A DNA stretch of 64,000 nucleotides, from NCBI GenBank assembly GCA_964187785.1, contig OZ076420.1, forward strand, positions 2,046,001-2,110,000, given 5' to 3'. The notes under the pieces are model-generated. The model was not told the DNA's origin. It did not search any database and worked only from the letters and a program-made list of their open reading frames with translations. Shown here piece after piece: positions 38,482 to 50,900 of the stretch (position 1 is the stretch's first letter; every line of letters begins with the position of its first letter). This DNA is from Amphiscolops sp. MND2022. Its lineage: Eukaryota. Made by a program: the position numbers and the translations under genes.

Positions 38482-39968
38482 ATGACAAATATGAATCCTG
38501 AAGAAGAACTCTTGTCCAGTATAGCTTCATTGTCACCCCCCTTTCTCTTAAATCTGGTACCCTCGATATTCCTCTTGTCACTGACTCCTCGCTTCCTCTT
38601 GATTCTAACCCCACACCAGAACCCACTTTAAATGGTACTTCTACAACTTCGCAATCCCTTAATAAACCATCTTCTGTAAATCTTAAAACTCGTCATTCTC
38701 CTACCCCGCCTCCTAATAACCTTCATTTTACTGTTGACAATCATCAAATTCCGCACAAAAAGAAATATAATATTCTTGAAGATCCCGTCTTCATTGCTTC
38801 TGGTATCCTCCCTCCAACCCTTCACCCATTGAAAACTCCTTCCCAATCTAATACAATGACCGACGAATTTCTTGGCACACATCCCAATTTTAAAGCCAAT
38901 CTTCCTTCACTATATATGACTCCTACATCTTATAAATTTCGTTTCCCTCAAGATCGTAATTTTGATCATTATGTCGCCTATGCTTCAAAAAACCTACCAC
39001 AACTTGCTTTCTGGCAAAATAATCGTATTCGTTTCTTCCAATTTCAATTCAATCTTCTTGAACCAACACAACATGATTTAAATACCAATCCAAATGATAT
39101 TACCACCACTCGTTCTGTTAAAAAACTTCACCATCAAACCTACCAACTTTTTTTAGAACAAAAACATCCCCAAAATTTTATTTTTCAAAATCACAAATTC
39201 ACTTCCCCGTTTTCCTACCACTCTCACTATTCTTTAAATCATCTCTTCACTATTGGAACAATTCGAAATTATGATCCAGTTAAACAATATTTTATTCTTT
39301 CTTCTTACCATGATCCTACTCGCCCGTTGTTTGTTCCTCAAGAAGCTCTTAATGTAAATGATGACTTTCTCCTCCCAACTCATATTCCTAACGCTGTTCC
39401 TAACTTCTTCCCCAAAATGAATAAATTAGTTGAAACACCTCTTGACGATCACTCCCGCTCTTTATATACAGCTCTTATTCACAAACACTATTCTCTCGCA
39501 CAACTCAATTTTATTATTGCAAAACTCTCCTCCTTTATTTTGAAAAAACAATATAAATATTTCTCTTTAAATGTCTCTGATGAAATTCTTCAAACTCTTC
39601 CTAAACATACTCCTCCTAATACAGTAACTGAATCTTCTCAGGCTCCTCCTCCAACAATCCCTCCTCAATCAAATTCGTATGTGCTTCAGACTACAAACCC
39701 TAATGTTTGTATCAACTCCTTCTCTTGTCCTACAGATAAATTTGTCTCCGAAATTCTCACTCTTCTTCGCCCTCATGTTGAAATTGCTCCTAATACTGAT
39801 CCATTTGTTATTTTAAATCACATTTTTGACACGTTCCGTACTCTCCAATCTTTACTTCAACTTCATTCTTCAGATATCCAAAATTTGACCCTTTCTACAA
39901 TTCATGTTAATGATTTTCACAAAAAACTTGTTTTACTTGAAACTCCTCCTCAATTGACTTCATCTTAG
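38482..39968 (+). CDS. ORF-Y, ~495-aa unknown accessory protein (frameshift at the C6 run 38536-38541)
   Basis: ATG 38482; after the C-run the frame of ORF 38829-39968 is open from 38541 with no stop. Confidence 0.7.
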
Positions 39969-40618
39969 CATTCTTCTTTTCCAGAATTTCTTTTCTGTGC
40001 ACTTTCTCTTACAGTAATTCTCTCATTTGGTAAGAAATCAAACCTTTTCTATTAAACATCCTTCCTATATTTCCCAACATTTTTCTCCTATTTTGTTTAA
40101 TGATTCGTTTTCTTCTCCAAGCCTCTTATCTTATACTTTCAAAACTTTCCTCAACTCTTTTCCAATCTTTAACAATAACTCTTTTCACTTCCTCAATCTT
40201 ATCTTCTTTGACTTTAATACCTAATTATATATACATATAATTTCATTTCCTTCCTCCTCATTTACATATATCACTCCATTTTCCTTTCACTCTGACACTT
40301 CTTCCTATTAACTTCTTTACATTTAAATACTCTCACTTGACATTTTTAATCGTTCTTCTTTTAAAAATTTTGACAACAGGCTCTTCATCTTTTAATTCTA
40401 TTAATTTTAAAGTAATTTCCTTTTCTCATTTTTTTTCTTCTCATTTACTCTTTCGAAATCTCTCAACTTCACTACTACTACAAAATTTTCCTTACTAATT
40501 TTCAACTCATCTTCTTAAATCAATAAATTTCATCACAACATTTTCTTTCTCTATATTAAACTACTCTCTAGTATTTACAATAAGTACAAAATAATTCTAC
40601 AATAATTTTGTTTTAGTC

Positions 40619-41440
40619 ATGTCAGATTATCCTTCTTCTTCTCTGGCATACCCTCTCCTTAACCAACTCCTTGACTCTCTTCCGCCATTTCCTGTCTCTT
40701 CTACTTCTTCGACATTCACACTCTCGACCATGGATACTTCTTTGTCTGTAGCATCATCATCAGATACTTCTTTGTCTGTGGCATCATCATCATCATCATC
40801 ATCTGTTTCTTCAACTCCTACTATTCAACCGCCACTCAGCTCTCTTGTGACCACAACTACTCTTCAACCGCCACTCAGCTCTCTTGCGACAACAACTCCT
40901 TCTCTCCAAATTCCCGTGATTTCTTCTCTTCCACATCCAACTTTGTTGCCAATCTCCACTATTCCCCTGCACCCTCACGATGCAGTCGCAACTTCTCCCA
41001 ATCTTCAACAATTTTCAGCTGTCCGACAATTGACGCACGATCTTCAAATCAAAAAACCACGGCACCCCAAACGTCCACAGCTCTCAAATGGAAACGGTCC
41101 ACCTGTCCGTCGACTGGTCCACACAGTGGTCTACAAACAGAAACTTTCACAATATATCGACGCACTAAAAATGTACGAAAAACATTTAGATGAACTCATT
41201 TATCAAACTACGCTCCAATTAGATATTATTAATAATAAACTCCCCCATTCAAAATTACGTAAATTTAAATCGCCTCCCTTCACACATAGACCTTTATCCC
41301 CATTGACTATTCAAATCCCCTCTCATAATTGCTGTCACTATAACAATTACATTCAATGCACTACCCCCCATTGTTCCCATGTTCCAGTAAAATATACATG
41401 TCCTTCTCCTTTACCCCCCTCTCTCTTTCCCCCGCATTAA
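40619..41440 (+). CDS. ORF-Z, 273-aa accessory protein (S/T/P-rich, basic KKPRHPKRP, coiled coil, Cys/His cluster); may extend to 41538 by frameshift
   Basis: ATG-initiated 273-codon ORF; internal in-frame 30-bp and 39-bp duplications. Confidence 0.7.
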   Translation: MSDYPSSSLAYPLLNQLLDSLPPFPVSSTSSTFTLSTMDTSLSVASSSDTSLSVASSSSSSSVSSTPTIQPPLSSLVTTTTLQPPLSSLATTTPSLQIPVISSLPHPTLLPISTIPLHPHDAVATSPNLQQFSAVRQLTHDLQIKKPRHPKRPQLSNGNGPPVRRLVHTVVYKQKLSQYIDALKMYEKHLDELIYQTTLQLDIINNKLPHSKLRKFKSPPFTHRPLSPLTIQIPSHNCCHYNNYIQCTTPHCSHVPVKYTCPSPLPPSLFPPH

Positions 41441-42845
41441 TTCCCATTCGTATTGAACCCGTAACACCACCCTCTCAATCCCCCACTCCTTTAAATGATT
41501 TAGATAATTTAGTAACTTCCTTAAACGATGTCGATTGAACTTTGCCCTATGTTTCTTTTAAATTCATTTGTACATTTTGTTCAAAATCATCTATGCTTCT
41601 TGGTGTTTTCATACATTTCACCCCGCCCCCTACCTACATTGATTGTCACCCCCCCACCCTTTTATTTTCAACATTTCACCTTCTTTTTTAATGATGATTT
41701 AAAATTTTTTCTTTAGTGTTAAACAAAATTTTTCATAAATTTCTCTTATAACTTCGGTTCTACTGGACATAATTTTCTAAATTACATATTCCCATGCCCC
41801 TTCCGACCCAATCTCTTCCAAATTGTGGAGCTATCTTTTTCTATTCAATTTTATTCCACTTCAATAAACATTTTTTTCAACTAAATTCCAATTTTTAACC
41901 TTTCTCCCAAAAACATTTTTAACTTTACTCCTCTATAACTTCGGTTCTAAAAAATCTCCTCTTTTTTCCTTACTCTTCCCAATTCACATATTCAAACACA
42001 CTCACCTCACTGACAAACTCTTCATCCTTTGCCAATTCTGCAACTGAATTGGTTCGCTCAAAAATTTTGAAAAATGTGTGAAATGACCTGCCACATGATC
42101 TAAATTTGAACAAATGTTGACTCACATAGATTTGTTTTCGCCGCCAACTTTGATCTAATCACGCCGCCTTGTTTTGAAGTTCTACAATTTCATTTTCGTT
42201 GCTCACAAGCCAAGACTCAAAAAAGATCAACGCTTAGTTAACAAACAACTAAGAATCTTTTGTCTTCCATGTTGAACTTCTCTGTCAATCAGGCTGCCAA
42301 AATCTTGCCAAAATTTTTCTGTCACACTCCCGCCTGCCACTCAAATCTTTTGCCGCCTCGGAAGAAAACTAAACATTAAGAAAATTTAGAATGAATTCAA
42401 TACCAAAATAAATCTTATGTGAAATTTCATACCCATCACCAACATGAACGTAAAAGCAACTCTAAACAAATGCTTATTTTAAAAACTCCAAATAAATTCT
42501 CTAACTTATTGATCAAAATTACCTAATTTCTGGAAAATTTTCGCTTCCCAATGTTGCACGTAACTCACGTAAGGAAAGATACAACACGAAGACAACTTTC
42601 AAGACAATTTCCAAGACAACTTTCTCTTGAGATATAAAAATTTTTTTTCCATAAAAATTTATATTAGCAAATACCAAATTTCCTTTTTAACCAAATACCA
42701 TATTTCCTCTTTAGATTTTCTCGTATTATACATTAAACCAATCTCCGACAATTTTAACAACACCCCAACTTTTGAATATACACTAATCAATCTTAAATTT
42801 AACACCACAGTTTACTTCCATTTTTAATTTCAAAACCCGGTCGGA

Positions 42846-43191
42846 TGATATACCATGATTGATGCTATACTATAAATTATATTTATCCCCCCGCCCCGTG
42901 TATGTCTAGACTGTAAAACTACAATTGTACTCCATTCATATTCTAGATGTAAAATGATTGATGTAACCACTTTATATTCAATACCATAGATCGATGTAAC
43001 TAATTTATATTCAATACTATAAACCTTCATTTAGAACACAATTTGAATTGAATCTTCACCGATTAGTTGTCTTCACTTTAAGACCTAATAACTGCAGCTC
43101 TATTAGTGTCTCTTAAAGTACTAATCGTAACATCAATAAAAAGATTCAATTCCTCGTATAACTAAAATACCAACTACAACCAAGTACTTTA
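42846..43191 (+). repeat. 3' LTR (TG...TA)
   Basis: 344/346 identical to the 5' LTR; followed by TSD ATAC. Confidence 0.97.
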
Positions 43192-43943
43192 ATACCAAGG
43201 AGGAGGCGGAGGTTCGAAAAGCGCTCCCATTTGGGCCAGCACGCTATATCCGTAGTTTGAGACGTTACACCCCGCAACAAATTGGATTTTCAAAAACCCA
43301 AAGAGTCCCCCCTTTTACAATTTCAAAAAGTTTGAGCTTTTAGATACTCAGATATGGCGCTGACTTTAGACGTTCCCGTCTTGTTCACCATTGTTTGCCG
43401 TTTCACGTACGTTGTATTCAAAAATAGTGGTACCGATTGGCTAATTCCCGCTAACAGACTGATTTCTTCGTGTTTGGGCTCTTGAATATGGTTTTCGAGA
43501 CTTGTTAGTAAACATTCATATAGACTTCTTTGCTCTGATTGTTGTATAATATTTGTAGTATATCTGTTCGCTTTTTGTTCAGTTTCTTTCGCTATAATGC
43601 GGATTGTTTTTGCTTCAACTGTTGGAATAATATGTAACCTTCGTACTGTATATTGGCTGTTACTTTTGAAAAGCATTTTCATGTCGTCAAAATGTCAAAC
43701 TGAAACTGGAGCGCGGAAATGTCTACTTTGATATCTAAGGAAAGTTTCCAAAAATTTCTCACTTAGTTTCAGTTTGTCACAATTCAATTTTGTTGAGCTA
43801 GACTTTTTTTCGGAATTGTTCTGTCAAGATACTTTCAAAAAAAAGTGGGCTTTGAAATTTTCTGCGGTTTTCTTGATAGCGATAGACTTTTTATGTCTTT
43901 ATACTCTTAGAATATAAGCCTGATATTTCCATTTGCATACTTC

Positions 43944-45894
43944 TGTTACGACTATTCACCGGGGTAGTTTTCAGAGTAGTCGCAGTGGTTTTAGTTTTTA
44001 CAGATAAAGATTTTACTGCTAACGAAACATTTTCGGATTCAGAATTAGATTCTTCGGGAGCGGTCAAAGTAGTTTGTTTTTTGGCAACAGGTGCTATTAA
44101 TTTGAGCATTTCCTTTTGGTTTTCAGCTAAGATTTTTGTGAGGTCCGATAGAAGCTCTTTCCTAAAAGTAGACTTTATTTCCTCTAAATTCTCAGTTCAG
44201 ACCTTTGGTGATAACTCGTTACGTCTACGGAATTTTCACTCTGGTTATTTCCACTCAAAGGAGTCTCCTGATCTACAGAAACTAATTCTTCTACTGCTTT
44301 CATTTCTGGCTTCTAGTAGTCATTTAGAGAAAGAGAATGAAAATGCTTTGGAAGTTTTGGAATTCTCCAAAGAGAGCGTTTTGTTTTTCAACGTGGTAGT
44401 CACGTAACAGCAAATGATTGAATTGAATATTTACATGTGCTCTAGATATATATACTTTCTCAGCATCATTTGTTCCTCACCTAAAAATTCTTAGAAATCC
44501 TAAAAATCGGTTTTGTTCACTAAAAATGCTTTATCATCCTTATTATTTTAGCCCTTCAATCATTAGTTAGCATTTCAAATTTTCTAGTCACGGCTCATTA
44601 CAGGATGGCTGTTGAAAACAATTTCGTTCAGCAATTCCATTTCCGGTTTATTCAAAGAAATGGCGGGAAAATAAAAGTCTAGTCAAGTTTCTACCGAGAA
44701 CACACAATGATTCTGCGCAAGACTAGCGAAAAACCGTCCTGTCACGGCAAAAGAATGACAAGCAGAAAATAACGCCGATAATATTACGGAAAATTCTAAG
44801 CTATTGTGCCAAAAAATTTTGAGCTGCTTCATGGAAGGAACAAATGATGCTGGAAAATGATGAATACAAGGCAACAATTGGGCTTACATGTCCTATAACG
44901 TCGTTATAACCTACACAAACTATACATGTTCATGATTTGTAAGAAACAGCTTTCTCAAGCAAACAATTGACATTGCAAAAGAGTAGAAATAGAAAAGAGC
45001 ACCTTCTCAGCATCACTACACAGCAAAGATAGTTAATTTCCTTGTCTCGCCATACAGCACGACTTTCCAAATCATTCCTAGCAAAACGGAAGATTTCCGG
45101 AACAATTTAGTTCCCATACTGTTAATAATAGCGGACTAAAGCAATCTTGATTTTACAATTTGCTCCGTAACTGCTCCGTACGTATTAAATTTGGATATAG
45201 CAAACTTAACACCGTTTAGTTTTACAATTTGCAATGTAGCGGTTCCGTACATATTAAGATAGGATATATCAAGCTAGCTAGCTCCGGAGGTAAAGCGGAG
45301 CAACGAAGTCATTCCAAATCATTCTTAGTGACGTCAATTGAATACTTCTTACTAGTTTGAGCGCAAATATGCTAGTCTTAACTGCAATGCTATTGGTCCG
45401 TAAAATTAGAAAATGCAAATCACTGACCCCAGTTCCCAGTCTAAGCCGCGTCCATTACGTTGCTTATATTTATTTAGATTACGTACTTGCAATTTGAATA
45501 GATTTTGACAGCTCCTTCAACCACTATTGTGACATATCTATTGTGTTTTGTATTTATCTTTTTCAGATTTGACAATGTTATCCGTTAGCATCGCGGATTC
45601 AAATATTGATCTCTGTTTGGTTTTTCAGGGTAGAAAAGAATTAACCTTATTTCATTTGTGTTTGCTTTTATTCGTTTAGTTTGACATGGAAAACGGTGCG
45701 AACTGAGACCGGAAGTAAAATATCTTAGGCGTGAATTAAAAGGTCGGAAGTTTCTATATTTTCAGAACTCACATTTTGGGTTCTCACGTAACGGTTACGT
45801 TTATCAAAAAATTATTTCCGCCTTAGCAATTTGTCGTGCTGTAACTTAAGAAAAACAAGGTAAGATATTTACTTATTTACTTTTTGAAAGCTCC
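43944..45894 (-). repeat. 3' LTR of the older Gypsy (first ~74 nt missing)
   Basis: Homology to the 5' LTR ends at GAAAGCTCC (45894 vs 60794), directly abutting the pol tail. Confidence 0.88.
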
Positions 45895-46024
45895 GTGGCG
45901 TTTCCTCCATAGTTACAGCGTCAAGCATTCAAAAATTGGGGTGCGCATGAGGCTTAGGATTAGGACGTAAATTGTATCTTCCTGTTTTTCTTGGATTATA
46001 TCCAACAGTTATGGGCGGTAGAGT

Positions 46025-47593
46025 ATGCGGTATTGGGGGGCTTTCCATATGCGGCGGAGTTATTATGTACTGATTATCAGTAGTGTCCAAGTTAAATACA
46101 TAACATCTCCGGAAGATGTTTTTTTCTCAGCAGAATTTTCATCTGCGGTTGTTAAAACTGCCTCATTTTCCGTTGTAGTTCCGTCATCGATTGGCATTTC
46201 TGTTATTGTAGCTTCTTCATTTCTTTTTCCGGTACGTTTCCGAACAGAACTTCTCCGAATTCTGTTTCCCAAGCTTGCGCGTACCAATTGTCATGGGTTG
46301 TTTTCACTTCAGGATCTGGAAATTGATTTTCCATTTTGACTGTTACGTCAGGTACTCGTCTAATGGATACATATAGCCTCAGGCGAAGTCTATGGAGGAT
46401 TTGCGTGTATCTTGTTCCCGTTCTTCGTACGACGTAGTTGTTGTTAGAAAGGACTTTGACCACTATGTAGGGTCCCGTCCAGATGCAATCTTTAAAGGCG
46501 AAGTTCATTGACTGGTTATCGGCCTTCGGATTCAGGACATAGCAATATCATTTACTTTCAATGGCGTTGCTGTCGCTTTCGTTTATCATAGTATCGCATA
46601 TGTTTCAAATAGGATTGCATGATGTTGTCCTTGGTGAATTTCTGTTATCTGTTTTTGTAATTCATCCCTTAGGTCTTCATTGGCGTCTTTTTTCCATTCT
46701 GGCTTGAGTCCTAGTTTGATGTCCAGAATGTTGTACTGGATTCGTCCGTGAAACACTGTTGTCGATTCACAGCCTAAATTTTCATGGTAGCTCGTGTTGT
46801 AGTTCATGATTGCAATTTGTACATATTTATGCCACATTGAACGGCACTCTCCCGTCGATATCTTTGGTGACGTTTTCAACGATGCATGAGTCCTTTCGGG
46901 TATTCCTATCGTGCAAATCCGTATGTCACGTGTCTGTGATAATTGGTTTACGACGTTCGAAGGAAATTGTGATCCTTTGTCGGTGAGAATCACTGTTGGT
47001 AGGTAGCAATGTCGGGTCATTACGTCAACTATGTATCGGCCGACTGTTCTGGCTGCCATGTCCTGGGTGGGGTATGCGAAGAGATATCGGGAGGAGACTT
47101 CCATCATCGTTATAATGTGCTTGTAACCGTTTGATGATGGTAAATTCGGTAAGATATCACCTTCTAAGCAATCTTCTGGGCCGAAAGTGAACTCTGTGTT
47201 GCCGAGCATTTTTGGTCGTATTTGTCTTGTGTCGATTTGTTTATTAGCTATGGAGTCTGGGCATATGATTATTCAAGCTCTAATCTTGCGAGCTAATCCC
47301 GGGTAATAGTATTTGTTTCGATATTCATGGATCATTTTGGTGATTCCTGGGTGTTTGTTCATTTTGCCATTTAGGGTTGATAGTAGTTCTGGTACTATGT
47401 GCTTTGGTATCAGGATTTGATGGTGTGTTACCGTGCCATCTACTCCGTAGTAGTTCCGCATGAGAACTACGTCTTTGACGATTATTTGTTCTTCATGTCG
47501 CAAAAGATTTCTTCCTCGTGGTTCGGTTCTGAGGAGATTTTTGTCCTATTTTTCGTGTAGTAGGCGTAACTTTAGTACTTTCAGGAGCGGGTC
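46025..47593 (-). pseudogene. Older Gypsy zinc finger, integrase and GPY tail remnant
   Basis: HPGITKMI; LTDKGSQF; WTGPYIVVKV; YNLRPNP tail. Confidence 0.88.
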
Positions 47594-47935
47594 TGTGATA
47601 GACTCAAACCTAAAACTTTCAAATAATAAATCGGAATTGCCTCACCGGGATTTGTGGAAGAAAAGATGCTGTTCTTTTGATTCCAGTAATTTCGATTTAA
47701 TTTGGATTTAATTTCGATTTATTTTGCTCGTTTCCAAAATAAGATTGAACCAAATCATGAATAAATTTGACACTGAAATCTGAATGCAAAAAACAATGAC
47801 TCATGCATCAAAATCAAGAAAGTCAATCAAATCAATTTCCAGAATATTGTCCCCGTCGTTTTGCAGGGCAAAACTGAATCGGAAGTGGTATCGTCTCAGA
47901 ACATTCAGATCTTCGACATGAGTTCCGTTCAATGG

Positions 47936-50900
47936 TCAGGGCAAGATTGGAGCTAGTTTTATGGCGGGCTTGATAAATTTTCCCTTTTGGCATCGCAGCT
48001 CAAAAGAACGGTTGACTCCATCATTGCTCGGTAATGCTTTGGTTATTAGACCAATGGGCCACATTCCTCGTGGTGTGTTATGTTCTAATATCCATACAAG
48101 ATTGCCTTTCTTCAACACGTCCACAGAATTTTGCCATTTTTGTCTTGGACGAAGAGTTGCTATATACTCCTTCATGAGACGCTTCCAGAAATGATCTAGA
48201 AGGGATTGTTTCTTTCGGTGAAAAGTTATTAGATCTTGAGTTTCACAACATTCATAAGCAGGCCGGAGAAAATGGTTCGGTGTTAGGCTCTCAACATCAT
48301 GTATGCTTAGGCTGACTGGTGGTAAAGGGAGACTGTTGGTGGTAGTTGCTCGATTTCGCACATTAAAGATGTGAATAATTCTCTCGACAAATATTGCGAA
48401 TTCGCAATGTTGAAGAAGAACCGTTTCGCAAGTCCGATCAGTCTCTCCCTTCTTCCACCATAATGTGGTGATCCGGGAGGGTTGAATTTCCACTTTAGAG
48501 ACGGCATACGCTCAAGTGCTTGTTCCTCTTCATTAGTTGGTTTCACATTTTTGTCTAACAGCGCTGCACATCGTTGAAAGTTGCTGGCATTATCTGATAC
48601 GAACAATTCAAGTAGTCCTCTACGAGAGACGAAACGTTTGATTGCTAAAACCGTGGAAGTGCTGGTAGTTCCCTCACAAAATTCAATATGAACGGCTCGG
48701 GTTACCAAGCAAGAGAAAATCAGACAATAGAATTGTTCAACCTTGCTTTTGGTTATCGATAGCCCAAAGAAGCCAAAATTATCTAATCCGACGTTTTTGA
48801 AAACTGCAGGACGTAAAGAAAACCTATATGTGGGAAGGTTGCCCATCCTTGGTTGAGAGTGCAATTGGCGCTGTCGTCGACACACGAAACATCGATGAAT
48901 GATTGATTTAAAACGTGGTGCGGAGTTTCAAAATCCAAAACTCCTGAAGTAAATCATTGCGCAAATATTCGGCTCCAACATGTCCTTTTGAAGCATGCTG
49001 ATGTTCAAGAAACATACGGACAATTTCATGCGCAGCATCTAAGATGATAGGATTAGCAATTGCAAAGGCAACTGGTGCATGTTGGATTCGACTCGATGGC
49101 AGGAGCATTCTTTCAGAAGATAGGAAGGGTGAAAAGTTGATTATACTGCTTTTCGGGGATATTGGTTGATTGCGACCTAAACTTATGATTTCGTTTGCAA
49201 AACTTTCTCCCTGTGAGATTTTGAACAGTAAAGATGTTGCTTTCAGTTGAGCTTCAGTGTGAGTAATACGGATCCTTCTCATTTTGTTCGTGAATTTCAG
49301 ACATGCTATAACAACATTCACTAGGCGACTCCACTTCAAAAATTGTGAGTAATTAATGAACTTAGAATGATTTGTCACCGTTGTGACGGAAAAGGATTGT
49401 GCTTTGGTCCAAACATTGTCTTTGGTTGAATATGAGAACGGCATCATAGGCCCTTAGTCCTTATTGGTTGAAAAAGATGGACCTCTCAACCAGTCACTAT
49501 TGCTATGTGTTTCGCTGGCCGGCAATCCAGGTGGAGCGTTTTTAGCAGGGTTTAACTTTGACGGAACATATCGCCATTCTGATCGCTTGCTATGATCTAA
49601 AATTTCACTCAACCGGTTAGCAATGAATATTTTGTGACGTTCGTGCGTGTTACTGATCCAATGTAAAACAGAACTACTGTCGGACCAGTGATGGACATCG
49701 ACAATATTGAAGGTAGTCTCGTTGCATATGGTACGACACATTCGTATGGCGTAAACTGCTGCTTGCATCTCCAGTCGAGGAATAGTCTGTTGTTTCAATG
49801 GACTTTCTGTTGCTTTACCAATTTTGAAGCTACTTCGCGAGCTGTGCTCGTTTGACAGAAAGACGTAGAAGGCAACAACAGCCATGGCAGACATAGATGC
49901 ATCGCAGAAGATATACAGTTCGACCCTGTCGCTTGGAGAGAACGGATGCTGTCTTGGGATGCTAACATTTTGCAGAGTCTCCAATTCTTGGATCCAACGT
50001 TTGATCTCACAATGGAAAAGAGTATCGGTTATGAGTTGATCCCAGTTCTGACCAGTTTGCCAAGTTTTTTGCAGCAAAATTTTGATACGGATGAGGAAAG
50101 GCGCGATAAGACCCAGAGGGTCATACAACTGTGAGGTGAGGCTCAACAGACTACGTTGTGTTAACTTGGAGGGCAGCTTCAAGGCCTTATCAGGAGGTGT
50201 GAAACAAATTGTATCTTCGGACACGTTTCATTGAAAGTCAAGTACACGCTCCAAATTATCAGCAGCGAACACTTCCTCCACAGGTTTGCTGAGTAGGGCG
50301 GGATCCATGCTCTCACAAAGGGATCGCGAGTTGCTGCACGACTTGACTAATTTGAAATTTCCTTCCAAAAGGGCGTTTTGTAGTTGATGTTGTACCGATG
50401 CAACTTCATCTATAGTGTCGAACGATGCAACGTAATCATCCATATAGAAGTTCGCCTGTACTTGTTTGATGGCGTCGGGATATTTTTTCTGCTGGTCTTC
50501 GACACACTTGCAGACGGCATAGTTTGCGCATATTGGAGAGTCACGGGCCCTGAAGATATGTCGCTCGTATACGTCTGGGACAGAGGAAATTTCTTTATTC
50601 CAAAAAATCGCAGGAATTGTCGATCCTCCGTTCTGACTTTCACCTGCATGAACATGGCTTCAATGTCTGATTGAAGTGCTACACGTCGTTCACGAAATCG
50701 AAGTTGAATTGCCAACATATTTCCCTGCAGATCGGGGCCGACGAGCAGTTTGTCGTTTAGACAAATGCCTGCATAGCAGGAAGCAGCATTTGTTATGCGA
50801 CGAAGTTTGCCTGGTTTGTTGGGATTGGTAATACCGTAATGAGGTAGATACCACTTCGTATCTAGGTCTTCAAGTGCGCTAATTTTACGGATATAACCGG

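Larger units (their letters stand above)
24419..43191 (+). mobile_element. Giant (18,773 bp) env-bearing Ty3/Gypsy (Metaviridae) endogenous retrovirus-like element
   Basis: Two 346-bp LTRs, 4-bp TSD ATAC (24415-24418 and 43192-43195), TGG-initiated PBS, gag, PR-RT-RH-IN order, env-like ORF, accessory ORFs. Confidence 0.97.

Noticed and set aside
43323-43682. 119-aa minus-strand ORF as a downstream exon of the interrupted host gene
   Set aside because: In-frame TGA just upstream, no usable acceptor, and its 3' end runs into a HINE; may be a pseudo-exon but cannot be linked
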